NCBI GenBank assembly: GCA_036172245.1
Contig: JAYWIR010000018.1
Location: 3,162,001 to 3,226,000, forward strand
Source: Raillietiella orientalis
Taxonomy: Eukaryota
Reading direction: 5' to 3'
Length of the DNA: 64,000 nucleotides
Position 1 is the stretch's first letter. Each line of letters begins with the position of its first letter. The position numbers and the translations under genes are program-made. Shown here in pieces: positions 49,291-61,672 of the stretch. Under the pieces are notes generated by a model. That model was given only the letters and a program-made list of their open reading frames with translations. It searched no databases and was not told the origin of the DNA.

Positions 49291-49610
49291 CCTTCCGAGC
49301 ATCAGGGATACAGAGGATTAGTTTCCATCCAGGGAAAGCTCGAACTCTTAGAATCAAGCTCGAGTTTGTACTTCTTTTGTTGGTTTTTTTGCGCTTTCCG
49401 TTTTTCGTTTCCAAGTCGCAAGTTTGCTTCTTCCCAAGTCACTTTTAGAGAGGCCGTCTCCTGACCACCCTACTTCAAAATTTAAGTTGTTGAGAGGAAC
49501 GCCAACTTGTCTCCCAGCGTGGACTATAGGTCACCACTAGACTCGCCTTCGACGGTCGACTCGAGATGTGTTTGCGCACCGTATCGGGGGCAGCATGACA
49601 GCGACCCAAG
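49291..49610. repeat. Direct repeat copy 1 (partner about 53910-54265)
   Basis: Shared CCTTCCGAGCATCAGGGA...ATACAGAGGATTAGTTTCCATCCAGGGAAAGCTCGAACTCTTAGAATCAAGCTCGAG...GACTCGCCTTCGACGGTCGACTCGAGATG. Near-identical ORF translations at 49132.. and 53816.. . An extra short match lies at about 49127 versus 53824. Confidence 0.93.
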
Positions 49611-52600
49611 CTTGCATGCCCACCTACGCCAGATCGATTCTTGTTCACCTTCCTAATCCTGAACTTACCAAAGGTACCGTCTATTCAAAACAAAGAGCTA
49701 CAATTATCTCGTCAGTGACCTTTCCCATAGATACGCTTTGTTTTCGACACCGTGGCTTCCTTCCTGAGTATGGTCGGAACAGACATTATGGTGAGCAGCT
49801 ACTCGTAAAGTTTAAGTGGATAGATACGTCCAGCATGAGACGCTTTTACGGGTATCTGGGGCAATAACTGCACGAAGCAGTTTCTCCGTTCTTTTCAGAG
49901 GAAACACACTGTTCATTGGGTGGCTTCGTGTCTCTTAATATTCCCAATTTATTGGGTGCACGATCCACTAATTCCCCGTGTTTTTCTTTCTTCCTGAATT
50001 GCAGCCTCCCATCTTAGCTAATAGCTGCTTTTATTATCTCAGAGAATTGTCATAATGTGCCGCTGCTTTGCATCTATCCATTTCTCCCAGCCGATACCAA
50101 TGATCGATATTTCATTGCTTTCTTTGCAAGCCTCGGTGGTCTCCATAGGAGGAAACAACGGGGCGAATTTCCACGGGATGGAAAAAATTTCCTTACTTTC
50201 CGAGAAATTCCGTGTTCCGTGTTCATTTGGTGCAGCCACCGAATCTTTCAAGCGATTCCTTATGTACAGCCTAAACCAAGACCTTTGAAGCCTGAAGTAG
50301 GCTGCTGTGTTTCATCTTAGAAGCGGATACGTCATTCGAAAAATTCGGGGACCTTGAGGACAGGACGAGGCGAGTGCTTTTAGATCACGGTCGTTATGGC
50401 ACCAAAGATGATAGCACACGTGAATGGATGTAGGTTGTTCTTATGCGGCATATGTGCACACATTACAAGTGAATAGAACCAATAAAACACGCATTATCGT
50501 TTATTATGTGTCCCGTATACTCGGATTCGTACAAGTGGGCGGAAAGATTGCGGTGTCCTCGTATAACGCGGTGAAACAACCCCCTACGACGCTGTGTGGA
50601 TGGATTTTAATCTGCAATTTAGTATCATTTCCTCCGTTTCGAAAAAGAACACAAACACGTGATTTAGGCGGGATGAACTCTGTTTCATCCAACTCTTCAT
50701 TAGCAGAATAGCTCAAGAAGTGGCGTTTTTCAACAACGTGAATGATAGAGCTGAATCTACAGAATTGATAATCATATTTATTTTTTTTCTCTTTTTTTTT
50801 TTCAAAGCGAAATGATAAAAATTCTGCTCTTATGTTTATTAGCTTTGCAAATACCTTCATATTATCCATTTACAACCCGTACAGCTCGTAGAACGCGGGT
50901 AAGTACAAAGAGGAGCCATTTCTCCCGCGTTATACGAGGACCTACTGCACAACAAGAAAAGTACATCCTGAGTATTCACTGGATGTGAAGTGTTTCCACA
51001 ATAGAGAACAGCACCGTCTAAGAACAATTAGAAACGCTATTTGATCACAGCATTTGCCGCATCGTTAACTAAAATGTGGCTGAAATACAATTCGCAAACA
51101 GTCGCATACGACCAGGTCGCATTGAGCCAGTACGGTACTTGTGAGTGTATTGATAACTTGCAGGGCCACAGGATCAAATCAGGAAGTTCGTTTACATGGA
51201 TATTGGAGATTTGAACAAAATCAGCGTCGCCCTTGCATGAATGATTTGACGCTTTCTAGCATGCGGAAGAAAATGAGTCACTGAGAGCATCATTCTTTAT
51301 GCTCATCACTCACCTTCCGTTTTTCCAGAACCACTTTTGATGCCTCTGATACGCATTTTAAGAATTCAAATCTCGGCTTGGAAGTCCACCTCGATTCACG
51401 TCCCATGCAGAGTGCGCCTCTATAAATAATAAACCTTATGGATAGACGATGATTTCATAAATAACAGTCTTGGAATTTCTTAATAATGAGGTGGTGCACG
51501 CAGCATCCACTATGGACCACACATGCACCTAGCGCCCAATTCGGGTCTTCGGCCAGGACGAACAGCCGTCGCCTAGCCTGCGGCAGTACAACAGGAGACT
51601 GAAAATTTTTTGTTTTTGTTTTTTTTGTTTTTTTCAAACTCTTCAACGGTTCGGTTCCCTCGTAGCAAAATCCCCGGAAGCATCGCAAAGGTCAGCGAAT
51701 GTTTTGGACAGCTGATGTTTCAGAAGAATGCTGCGGACCGATCCCTTTGCTACCGGAATCAGTTGCAGCATTCGAGCGTGGTCTAATGGGTTTCTCTTCG
51801 ACCTTTCCATGCCGCCGGCAAGAGAGTATCACTCCCTCAAACAAAAATCTGTTCCAGTACTGTGTCGGGAAGTTCCAGAAGCCATTCCGGAAATTCCATC
51901 CGGTGCCTCCGTGGGTAATTCAATTTGTAATTACCCTGCGCTTTGCAAACGCAAGCCTGGAAGCAATTAGGAAACAATTCATTACAGTAACACGCATACG
52001 TACACTTTTTAATTATCGATGATGCACGCAAATGCAAGAAATTCGAAAAAGCACGGAATGAGGTGCTTTTTCGACAGAACGCAAAAAAAAAAAAAAACGA
52101 AAATCGAGCATAAATACGCATCTTCGAAACTGTGATTAATATTTGAATCCATAACAGAGCACAACGTCGGTGCTGCGTGCCTCCACGGGGGGAGAGCCCT
52201 GGCGATTGGCTCCGAATTCTGATGGCAGTTTTGGAGATGCGGCCCCACCCCACCCCCCGGGCTACCTCTGAAACCCATCAGCCGGCTCTTTCGAAACCGA
52301 CAAGTGAAACCCTCGCGATTCTACACATGAAATGTTTGTGTCCTTTTTAGCTTCCTTTTTTTTTAAAAAAAAAAAAAAAAATTCGAGGCGCTCCGGCGGG
52401 CTGTCGCCGAGTCACGTGTTTCTTGCGTTCGTGATGGCCTTGCGCAAGAGAATTTTAATGATCGACCAGCACACGAACTGTCCCAAAGTAGTCTACCAGA
52501 ACAACTTTTCGGATATGATTTTCCTTCCATAATCAGATCCTTTGGAGTTTCAATGAAGAATGATTGCATCCAATGTCGTAAGTGATCGTAGCAATGAAGT

Positions 52601-53185
52601 GGCTGTTTTCACCGATAGCTGGTGCCAGCTGGGCTCGGCGGATTCCTCTTCATGCAAACCTATTGGAAGATTTTACTTGAATGGTCACAGCGCTTCCAGA
52701 ATTCGTGCTTCGATAGTATGGCATCCTTGGTCATTGGAATACAATCCAGTCCAAGTGTTTCTTTTTGAGAGAAAAGCGTCGCGAATGCTCTTGAATAACC
52801 GTACACCGGCGAGCCGGGGTTGCGTTTGGTTTCCGTTGCTTTGATAGCAAACTTCAATTTAACGGGGGAGGAGACTTCAAGAGGCCCTAATTTGTGCACT
52901 GCATCAATACGATTTGCGGGAGGAAGCCCTTCCCGAAGACGAATGGCTCCGTGTTTAAGACGCTTCGTTCCAGCCAGCCTTGCCGGTTGTTTGCTTCCCT
53001 TAGAGGAAAGGACGTTCATTTCTGTGGTCTTCTGCGATGCCAGGCAGACTCAGCCGGAGCGGTTTGCCTCATCAGAAGACCTGAGGTTGTCGTGTTTCCC
53101 TTGTTTTCAGGGTTTCATGCTGCGGAGTTTTGTAAACCCGCAGAACCTTCTGCACCGTACACTCATATAGTATTATGACATTCAT

Positions 53186-53188
53186 ATG
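53186..53188 (+). CDS. Candidate initiator ATG of the calmodulin-like gene, at the end of an upstream exon (about 53111-53188)
   Basis: ATG|GTAAAT followed by a 43-nt intron ending TTACAG at 53231, in phase 0 with the next exon. An intron directly after the ATG is typical of calmodulin-family genes. The intron is short, so a more distant first exon is possible. Confidence 0.5.
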
Positions 53189-53231
53189 GTAAATGATCAT
53201 CAGACAATACAAATGAGGATTTATATTACAG

Positions 53232-53367
53232 AATGAGTACGGGTTGAGCGAAGAAGAGGTTGCAGAACTCAAAGAGGCCTTCATGCTTTTTGACAAGGAT
53301 GAAGATGGGATGATTACAGCTGCCGAGCTGGGAATTGTGATGAGGTCGTTGGGGCAAAGGCCATCAG
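53232..53367 (+). CDS. Calmodulin-like EF-hand protein, exon with EF-hand 1
   Basis: TTACAG|AAT...CCATCAG|GTAAG. Translates [45 protein letters not shown], an invertebrate calmodulin-like (not canonical CaM) sequence. Ends in phase 1. Confidence 0.95.
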
Positions 53368-53909
53368 GTAAGAGTTCACAAACGATCATTTCCGTTAACA
53401 TTTTCTAACCGTCTGAATTTTGCATTGAAATAAATGACCTTTGAGATTAATGTGTCCCACTCTTCGTGGCACGCAGTGTTCATGTCGCTTCTTCGGGATT
53501 TCCTTCGATGGTTGGACAAGGTGCTTCCCTGTTCTTTGCTCCTGTCTTTTTCTCAAGGCATCGCTTCTCCGCATCCATTCTTTGTATTTTTCAGAAGGCT
53601 ATTAAATCGATCTTTCTTCAATTCACGAATTCCTGCTTTCCTAAAGTGCATGCCAAGGAGCCATCCTGACCCGTAAATTCGTTTCGCGCAAGCCGCATTC
53701 CTCTTTATTTCCTTAAAGTTCGCAAAAACTCGACGTTCGAGATTTGAGAGAAGAAATCGATGAGACTTAGCACATCTGCAGATTCCTAGAAGTTGCGATT
53801 ATCTTTTGCTTGTGAATGGTACGTGGGATGATGCGTACAGATAGCGACACGCCATTATTTCATTTTGTTTTGAATCGACAGTCTTTGGTTTTTCTTGATG
53901 GTGCGAACT

Positions 53910-54265
53910 CCTTCCGAGCATCAGGGAATCAGCCATACAGAGGATTAGTTTCCATCCAGGGAAAGCTCGAACTCTTAGAATCAAGCTCGAGTCTGTACTT
54001 CTTTTGTTTGTTTTTTTTGCGCCTTCCGTTTTTCGTTTCCAAGTCGCAAGTTTGCTTCTTCCCAAGTCACTTTTAGAGAGGCAGTCACTTTCCTCAGGAG
54101 TCTCCTGTCCACCCTACTCCAAAATTCAAGTTGTTGAGAGGAGCGCCAACTTGTCTCCCAGCGTGGACTATAGGTCACCACTAGACTCGCCTTCGACGGT
54201 CGACTCGAGATGCGCTTGCGCACCGTATCGGGAGCAGCATGGCAAAGCGACCACAGTGACCCAAA
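53910..54265. repeat. Direct repeat copy 2, intronic (partner about 49291-49610)
   Basis: Same blocks as 49291-49610 with small indels. Confidence 0.93.
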
Positions 54266-55103
54266 CTCATTCCCGAGCTTCGATCGCTCTTCCTCCCAAG
54301 TGTCCAGACAAAGATCACGTTCATTTGGGGGAACCGTGCGCTCTCCCTGAGTTAGCTCCTTCTCGCGGGTAAACCAGATTTATCTCGTGCTGTCTCACAG
54401 ATCACAATGACGGCCCCCGTTTTCACTAGTCGCAAAGCAATTCCAAAAGGAAACTCTAACAACCAAAAGGATAACAATGGGGAAAATACCCTAGGAATAA
54501 AAAAAAAATACCTGGAAAAAGTTCAACCTATTCCCTTTTCCCTTCTCCAACAATGGCTTTCACAACGCTCATTTTCACATTATTAACAAGTTCATTGTTA
54601 CCAAACGTCTTCATGTATCTTCGTGTTAAATGGCGCATGCGTAATCACAAAATATAAATCAGACTTTCTACTTTCCTCTCACTTGACTTCTGGCAGTTTT
54701 TACAAGCATGTTTTTGCTGAATTTTTTCGCGTCCTTCACCACAGCACATGTTCATCACAATAATCATCTTTTCGAATCAAAGCATATCTGAATTTTCCGT
54801 CCTAAGATGTGTGTCACATGGGATGCCACGATCAAAGGATTCATCGTTTTCACGCGTCACTCGAATGGTCACAGTGATTTGTCGTTTCCATTCCTTCAAG
54901 GCATCCCCCCTCTAGGCTCTCTGTACAATCCATTTGTGCAAAAAATAAAGATAAAAACGATGAATCGTAAAACTTCTCGTTTCTAAAAGGCGTTCCTAAA
55001 AGGTCAATGGGAAGAACCCTCTTGTTGCATGGAAGAACAACACTGCAATGGTGCATTGATTGTATACAGGCATACCCTTCACTTATACAGCTTTCTTACA
55101 CAG

Positions 55104-55239
55104 ATGGAGAACTCTCGAGTATGATGAGAGAAGTGGACATCAATGGAAATGGGACGATAGAGTTCAACCAGTTTTTGCAAATGATGAGTAAAAAAATAAA
55201 TGGATGCAACAGCGAAGAGGAACTGATAGAAGCTTTTCG
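55104..55239 (+). CDS. Calmodulin-like protein, exon with EF-hand 2 and central linker
   Basis: ACACAG|AT...TTTCG|GTAAT; phase 1 in, phase 2 out. Translates (D)GELSSMMREVDINGNGTIEFNQFLQMMSKKINGCNSEEELIEAF(R). Confidence 0.93.
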
Positions 55240-55849
55240 GTAATATTTGAGTTTGAAAGTATTATCGTGTTCGGAGCTGTTGACTAAGAATTAACGCAGT
55301 TGATTCAGATTGCAGCTGCCGCAAGAGCAGAAACATTTCTCAATGCTTGCGGTTGAGATGATTGGGGCGGTTGCTAGAATAAAGAATGAATCTGATGAAA
55401 GGATGCATTCCTTTCATCAGAAAACACTATCAGGATGAAATAATCAACGCAATTGTACATGTGTCTTGCAAGCAGAAAACAGAACAGCGCATTTACCAAG
55501 TCTTTCCGAAAACATCACATAGGAAAGTAGGAATGTGCGCGCGTAATAGGAAGAAATGCATCTCTGAGCAATGGGCGCTGCTACTTGAACGGACCATGTG
55601 ATGCGTTTTCATTCCATTCATTCACGTACTAACAACGCGCCCACACTGCAAATCTCATCCAAAGTTCGAAGTCAAGCCGAGTAAAGATCTCTCCAATGAG
55701 ACCGGAAAAGCGCTTCCAATTCGGAAGATCGAAGATGTGTTCCGGGACAGTGATGTTTCCTGAACTTCCAGCTTTAGTTCCTCACTTTTGACGTGGGCAT
55801 CCGGGGCAGAAGCATTCGTGCTGCTTGGCAAAGGTCAAATTCACTGACA

Positions 55850-56400
55850 TCCGTTTTAGAAAGCGGACAGTTGCTTTGAAAACACAAAAGAGAACGCACT
55901 CTCGAATTCCACGGAAAGACATTTGCTCGGAGGTGATTGCATTGCTCGAAATCAACCACACCTCAACACAGAAAAACGAACCCTTCTTTAAGGTGTTCGG
56001 TCGTACCCTCTCGCAACGAAGCTTATTGCAAAGCCATGTAGAAGAAAGTTTCGACTGTAGTCTTTCAACCTTTCGACTGTTGGTGGTGCAGCACGTGGAA
56101 CTGAGGTTTTTTCCAGCCAGTGGTTTCTCCGCTTTGTTTTCATTTTTGACATCTCTCTGGCTAGTGAATGAATCATTCCAATGAAATTATGTATCGCCGC
56201 GCCGCTACCTTCGACGGTTTCCATCTCAGTATGGGTACTACCAACATATGTACATTTTGGAGTCTTGCTTGAAGCAGGGTGTGATATATCAGGCGGAAAG
56301 CTTCACCAAAATTAGAATCAGAGCCCGTTTGTACACACCTGTGTACATTTCGGGAATACGAGCAAATGCCCAGTTCTCTCGGGCAATGTGCTTCCACCCA
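55850..56400 (-). mobile_element. Decayed Pif1-family helicase (Helitron-type), intronic
   Basis: VQTGSDSNFGEAF (like tG.aGtGKsf), SGAAIHNFIGM (like gG.TiHsf.g) and FSVLRCG.FRAMQSPP (like FGG.q.i..GDF.QLpP). Confidence 0.5.
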
Positions 56401-57329
56401 AACAACAGCAGTTCCTATAGCTAATGGAGATTCTGTCCAAGGAGAGCTTGGGTGGCTGAGAACACTTTCTTGATTATCAGGAAGTACGGTTCTTATTCAG
56501 TGAGGAAAAATCTCTTAACGAGACGGTTTCGTTGCGTTGCCGCTTCTAATGGGGGACATTCAATGATACACATGCACGCCCAACTCTGAGCAAGCATTCG
56601 TGGGGCGCTGTCCTGAAAGCAAACAAAATCTGCTTCTTTCTACCTCTTTCATCGAGACCCGTCCAGGCAGTCGAGTATTGCTGAAAACCACCAGCTCTCA
56701 ATATAAGCTCCACAGGAAGACACACGAGGGTGTGTCGTGAAAATTTTTTTTTCTTCAGCGGCTGTCCTCTCTCAGCTTTGACCTCTTGTGAAAAACAGTA
56801 ATGACTTAGCACCTTGATGACTTGATGCTTGGGCAGCAGCAGCAGAATTTTTGGATCTTTTCTTTAGCCTCCGTAGCTTGTAGCGCTCCTTGTTTCGGAA
56901 TCCACCGGTGAAGCCAACTTGTTTCGTCCACCCATCCTCTCACAACCAGAAGATGAGGTCATGCCCTCGAACTTGGATGCATTGCTAACTAGCGATCGGA
57001 ATCACAAAAGACGGAAGACTTGTCTTCCTACTCCTCAAAATGCGTGGTTGCACAAAGATTACCACTTGACACGAAGTAGCATGCAAGAGATTCTCTCATC
57101 GAAATAGAAAAAAAAACCTCTCAGCAAGTTTTCGATTGAAAAAAAAAAAAAAAAAAAATAGAGAACGATCCAGAAACTCTGACTAGAATACCAGAAAATT
57201 TTCCAGAATTCAGTATGGATAATTTTCCAGCATTCTGGTGAATGTTCCATCTTCTTTTTTTTCAAGAAAAAAATTATCATGAACCCATTCCTTTAGAGGA
57301 GGAAAAGAAAAGAAGTGTGCAGTTCAGTG

Positions 57330-58480
57330 TAGAGATGGGCAACCTGCGGACCGTGAGCGCCGCTTTGCCAGAGGTCTTTGCACGGCTTAAGAGGACAGTT
57401 TGTAATTGATTTGGACCTCCTCACTATGAGGTTCACTTACACAGCAACCCCAGTGTGCCTTACCCAACGGCTGTGGTCTTTGGGTGACAGGAAGTTGCTT
57501 TGACGGGATGTTGCACGGGATGCCCGCTTTTGAGGGTGCGAAGCTCGAGAGCGCAAGTGCAAGGCGCTTCGATCGGTTTGAGAAAGCTTCCAGGATTCTC
57601 AACGAAGTGCTTCAGATGGAGGCGAATGCGCTCTACTGAACTATTCAAAAATTCGCAATGTAGAGAAAAGGCTCCCGTGCAACGAGTAGCGGAAGTGCAG
57701 TGGCTCGATCCAATTTTTCGGCAGAAGCAAATGGAGCAGCTGTATGTCCTCAATCAATCTCAGCTCCTGGCTACTGGTGCTCCAGTGGGCAGTAGCCCTC
57801 TGCAACGCATGTCAGTGGACCATATGATGTCAGTACTGGGTGCCCAGTACTGACATCTCGGTTGAGGTAGTTGGACGGGCGAACGCACCGAGACGTTCGT
57901 GCAGCATGAAAAAGGAAAGAAAAAAAGGGGAAAAATCGACTGCTGTAGATTTCAATATTCAAGAGAGTGGGCCTACGGTTGTGTCCCAAAGCCTACCACG
58001 GCTCGCCGCATATGCTGGAACGAGCACGTGACTCGTTGCGACGAAAAGGTGGTATAGAGAATTCCTTAGCTATGAATTCTGCTACAATGAAATGGCTGCA
58101 TGGGAAGAGTTAGCCTTACTGGAGAGATCGGATGGCATTTAGGAAGCGATGAGTCACTGAGTCTGTCCAAGCAGCGGTGGTTTCAGCGTCGTTTCATCCA
58201 GAATATCCCTGATCAAGGAAAACAGATCCGCAAATGGTTGTCGTTGTGCAATACTAGTCCTAGGAAGTCCTTGGAAGTAGTTGCTAAAATTCACTGTATT
58301 TTCAACGAACCAAGGTCTGCTAGCGCATTGGTACATCAGCAGAGGGACTCTTGTCAAGCGTGAAGATGTGCCAAGCTTGTTTTCTCTTAGAGCGGATCGT
58401 CAAGTGGCAGCTCTCGTTGCCTCAGTTACTGACGCGATGCTACAGCAGTATATTTGGATTCTACCTCTCTGAGAGATTTC
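57330..58480 (-). mobile_element. Decayed hAT Buster/Charlie transposon 3' part with terminal remnant, intronic
   Basis: Charlie-like end AGAGATGGGCAACCTGCGGACCG at about 57331. Minus-strand NFSNYFQG (like lN..lQG), AFSLHCEFLNS (like F.sTY.CE..FS) and RLALALSSFAP...SKQ (like lr.alS...P......kQ). Confidence 0.58.
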
Positions 58481-59159
58481 AGAGTCTCAGACAAACAGGG
58501 AAGCTGTGATTAGAACATCTTTGCGTTCGAAGATGACAAGGAGCATCTCGACGTAGCCCGATCATACTATAACATTTGAGACGATCTCTTTTTTCGCGCA
58601 AGTGGAAAAAGATTGTTTACTCGTTATCTGTTTGCTTGGCAACCATCGACAAGCCTCTCCACCGAGTTGCTCAGGAAGCAGCAGGAAGTGCTCCCCTATT
58701 TCCAAAGGGGATAACCTCGAGGGGGTTGGAATGCAGTTCCAGCTGTGGACCTACCTTCGCCGTAAGAAGATACTTGGTATTTGAGCAGCCTGTTATGGAA
58801 ACTTGGAGTAACTCCGGGACAAAAAAAAAAAAAAAGGGACTTCTGAATGCTGATCACATGCACATACCAACGACCCAATCAGGATCCTGAAAAAGGAGGA
58901 ACGAGGGGACTGATAACAAAAGAAGAGAAATGTCCAACGTCCAACGGGCTCAATCATCAAATTTGATTGCGCTTCAGAGATTCAGCTAAAGCGGTAGAAA
59001 TTAAAGCGATGCGGTGGAGAGGTCAGGAGGTCGAACACCGAGTGCGGTCACCTCCGTGTGCGTCTTCGGACGAAGAGGGGCTGCCACAGGAGGCGTGGAA
59101 AATGGGCGACTGGTCGATTTAGGCAAACAAGTCTCGGTCACGACCAATTGCAAATGAGC

Positions 59160-59950
59160 CGCAAAGGCACGATGGCAGGGACCCGGTCCTTGCCAGCGCG
59201 ACTTTGTATTCCTCGTTCGAGGAAGCGATTTGATCTGGGAGTTTGCACTTCGAAATCATATGCTAGTAAGACCATGGTAAACTGACCTGAGAAAGAAGCT
59301 TCCGTATCTTATGACGGGCACCATACCCTCAGGGTGGATTTTGGACGGAGACCGGCAACTTTCTAGACATGTTCCACCCCGATTTCTCTTCGTGCCTTCC
59401 GAAGAAGAGCGAAACTTTACTATCTTCTCCCTTCACCCAACCGATCTCTTCTCGTGTGGCCCAAGTTGCGTTCCCTTGAGACACACCTCTTGGGGATTCG
59501 TCCCAAATCTGGACGTCCCTGCTCATCCAGGGTTGGGCATCCCATTGGCAACCGGATGCTAATGTGAATCTGCAGCATGATGCGCATAGAACTGGCATTG
59601 TTGTTCTACAACTCCAGCAGCCTCTTAGCACCTCAAAGAGAAGGGACGCTCACTTGACGCTACACTCGCGAGTCCTTTGTCTGCCGTGTCGGAGTTCGCT
59701 AAGCTCGGACCTCAGTAAGGCAATTCTTTGCCTCCCTACAATTTTTGTTGGGCTATTCTGGTCGGCTGAGTCGCGCTCGTGGATAGAATCGAGCAGAGCT
59801 ACCTTGGGGAAGATCAGCAGGTGAATGGAAGCACCAACGTTGCTTTCATCTTACTTAACACCTGTTAGTCTCCCACACCTCCACTTCCCTCAGCTTTCTA
59901 TTCAAAATCCTTGGCGTATTTTGGTGACACGTGTTCCGGGAGAGCAGGAG
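59160..59950 (+). mobile_element. Decayed L2/CR1-type LINE RT, intronic
   Basis: MAGTRSLPARL (like a.GpD.ip.rl), TGTIPSGW (like sG.iP..Wk), WGFVP (like QfGF.p), TGIVVLQLQQPL (like tg.v.lDl.kAF) and APTLLSSYL (like gP.LF..Y). Confidence 0.52.
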
Positions 59951-60449
59951 GATGTTTTGCATAATTTCTGCCCCCCCGGTCATCCCATTGGGAAATCCCT
60001 GACAGCCTTTCGTTCCAGTCGGCGACTCAGAATATGTCCCCAGCACACGTTCCGGCTAAGCTGGATGTAGGTGCATACCAATATCCTCTTCCGCACGTTG
60101 CCTTTCTTGTGCAGAGGATTCCAATTTCTTCAAGCACCTCTTTTTTCTTCGAATCGCGAGCTCTTCAGGCATCCTACCCATGGTGCTCCTTCTGAGACCG
60201 ATACTTTTCTGGCTGCGAACGGAAGCAGTTTTTCCCGAAACTGATTCCTCTTGTTTGGGGGGCTTCTTCCAGTGCTGTTGCTGAGCCCTCACACGATAGG
60301 CGAGTTCAGTAGGAGCACCCAACCTTCGTCTTGGAACACTAGGAGTTTTTATGTCGTCTCTCAGGACTGGTTGGTTCGTCGTGGCCAGGCCCTACTGTCT
60401 TTGCGTTTGGTGAGATTGACCTGATGCTCGTGGCTCTTGGTGATGGATC

Positions 60450-60780
60450 TCGAGTTTTGCGTGCGACGATGAAGAATGCTGGTTGTGACCCTTCCCATAT
60501 CATTCGAACCTTGCCGCTTCTTGCAGACAGAAGTGGCTCACGGGCAGGAACTCTATTGGAGCAGAGTGCAAGGATCGATGATGCTGTGGCAAAACCACGG
60601 GCACTGTCGTCAGTCCAGGCGGCGCGTCCCGAATATATCGTAGCTGTGCTGGATGTCGGCACGCAGAAGTCTCCACGCTTCGTACACGTGCGAGGGAACG
60701 CAAGTTTGCGAAGTAGCTTACCATTCTTTGGGACCTCAGGCATTCCACACCACCGATGCTCATCGCACCGAAACCTGCGG
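60450..60780 (-). mobile_element. Decayed THAP domain (P-like transposase N-terminus), intronic
   Basis: GVECLRSQRMVSYF, RGDFCVPTSSTATIYS and KVRMIWEGSQPAFF (like C.v.gC....s.f.FP...r..w.Pt....lCS.HF...r.Lk..AvP.iF). Confidence 0.45.
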
Positions 60781-61523
60781 GAGAAAGGAGAGGGGGTTTA
60801 TCGAAACGCATCCCTTACATACTCGCTCTCCTGAAGACGTATACGTGGGGACCCAAACAATCACGGCAGCTGCGTCTCGCCTCAGTGCCACACCCGAGCC
60901 GGTTTCAGTTCTCTCTCTCTGTATTTTAAAATCATATTGTTAAGCGCCATGATGATCGCATTCACACTTTTTGCTTCTTACGTGCTCCTCGGCACCTGTG
61001 GCCTACGGTGCAGACGTCGACTGCGCCTCATTCCACACAAGACGCTACTGGTACGTCTTCGCCGTCCACTCCCGGATAGAAAAAGAGAAAAGGCGCAAAA
61101 AGTCTTCACGGCGTAGCTGCAAAATGTGGAGGGAGTGGGGAAAGAGAGGAGTTGAAAAGAAGACTGACGAAGGAAGGAGTATCGTCGCTCTGGCCCCCGG
61201 AGAAAAAAATCAACTCACTGCTTCAATCAATCAATCAGTCCCCTCACGTGGTCATCGTTGCACCCACTGCTTTCTCTTAATGGAAATGCGAAGGGCGTTC
61301 CTCGCCGCATGGGCGCTCACGCTCGCTGCGCCCTTGACTCCCATGACCCTCTCATACCGCGATTGCAGGTCCGTCATCAACGAAGCGAAAAGCAGCTAGG
61401 AGCAGCAGCCGCCCTCATCACTGCACCGTCGCGAGCGATACCACCCGCTTGAGCACTGTGCGGTGACTCCCTTCGCATACTGGCAGACTCACTCTACGGG
61501 AGAGCTGACCTTGCGTTTTGCAG

Positions 61524-61672
61524 GGTGTTTGACAAGAACGGAGACGGCTTCATCACATCCACAGAACTGAGGCACGTGATGACCAACCTGGGAGAGAAGC
61601 TGACCCACCTGGAAGTCGACGACATGATCAAAGAAGCTGACTTGGATGGCGACGGGAAAGTCAATTATGACG
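61524..61672 (+). CDS. Calmodulin-like protein, exon with EF-hands 3 and 4
   Basis: TTTTGCAG|G GTG TTT GAC...TAT GAC G|GTAGG; phase 2 in matches the previous exon. Translates [49 protein letters not shown]. No convincing terminal exon in the window. Confidence 0.95.

Noticed and set aside
51421..52260. Promoter of the calmodulin-like gene (TATAAATA at 51421, reverse CCAAT and GC-rich boxes near 52200)
   Set aside because: The short motifs are far apart and no transcription start is known, so they cannot be told from chance.
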